In this document: one piece after another, positions 63,535-64,000 of the stretch | How the letters are laid out: each line of letters opens with the position of its first letter | How positions within the stretch are numbered: the first letter of the stretch is position 1 | NCBI GenBank assembly: GCA_028826165.1 | Contig: JAPDFW010000095.1 | Location: 62,001-126,000 of the forward strand | Reading direction: 5' to 3' | DNA: 64,000 bases | Source of the DNA: Anaeramoeba ignava BMAN | Lineage: Eukaryota; Protista; Anaeramoebae | The notes under the pieces: model-generated | The model's input: only the letters and a program-made list of their open reading frames with translations | Databases searched by the model: none | Told to the model about the DNA's origin: nothing | Translations under genes and position numbers: made by a program

Positions 63535-64000
63535 TCTTTTCTTTGCATTTATTCTTATTTTGATTTTCTTTTAAAATTCTTTTAAAATTCTTTTAAAATT
63601 CTTTTCTTTTAATAATTCAAATTTAAATGAAATTTTTTTTTCCGATTTTGAATTTTTAATTTTGAATTTTGAATTTTGTTTTTGTTAATTTTTTATTTAG
63701 TTTTTTGTTTTTCTTGTTAGAAAATTTGAAAAGAAAATTTGAAAAAAGAAAATTTGAAAAGAAAAATTTGAAAAAAAAAAATTTGAAAAAAAAAAATTTG
63801 TTTTAAAAGTTGATTGTTTTGAGCTTTTGTTCCAAAAGAAAAAGAAAAGGAAAAGAAAAACAAAAACAATCAAAAAATTGAAATTATTTTTGAATCATCA
63901 TTTTCACAAATTCTAAAAAAAGCAAAACAAAAAGAAAAAAAAAATTTTTTTTTTGAGAATTTTTTTGAGAATTATTTTTTTTTTTGAGAATTTAAAAAAT

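Overview
Very AT-rich, gene-dense eukaryotic (protist) nuclear DNA with spliceosomal introns and the standard genetic code. Gene style, the RCC1-BTB expansion and Trichomonas-like initiator motifs suggest an Anaeramoeba-like metamonad, but this is inference only. The window holds about 22 genes: Alba/Rpp25-like, GCN1, cysteinyl-tRNA synthetase, a divergent actin, an HPS5/TECPR2-like WD40-RING protein, a BTB protein, a PX-BAR sorting nexin, importin-5, a large GCC2/GCC3 multi-TM surface protein, a cAR-like GPCR, a bacterial-type DUF4139-SPRY fusion, a TBC RabGAP, WASHC3, a partial membrane protein, and eight intronless RCC1-repeat/BTB paralogues in two clusters. Main observations: (1) two AT-AC introns in housekeeping genes whose splice sites look like U2-type sites with the terminal Gs replaced, not like U12 sites; (2) an RCC1-propeller/BTB family with antibody-like hypervariable loops on a nearly fixed scaffold and patchwork sequence exchange; (3) a TCATTTT initiator-like motif before most genes, which also suggests the 2.8 kb AT tract is a 5'UTR intron; (4) long introns each filled with a simple tandem repeat. 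Many frameshifts sit in homopolymers and are probably long-read assembly errors.
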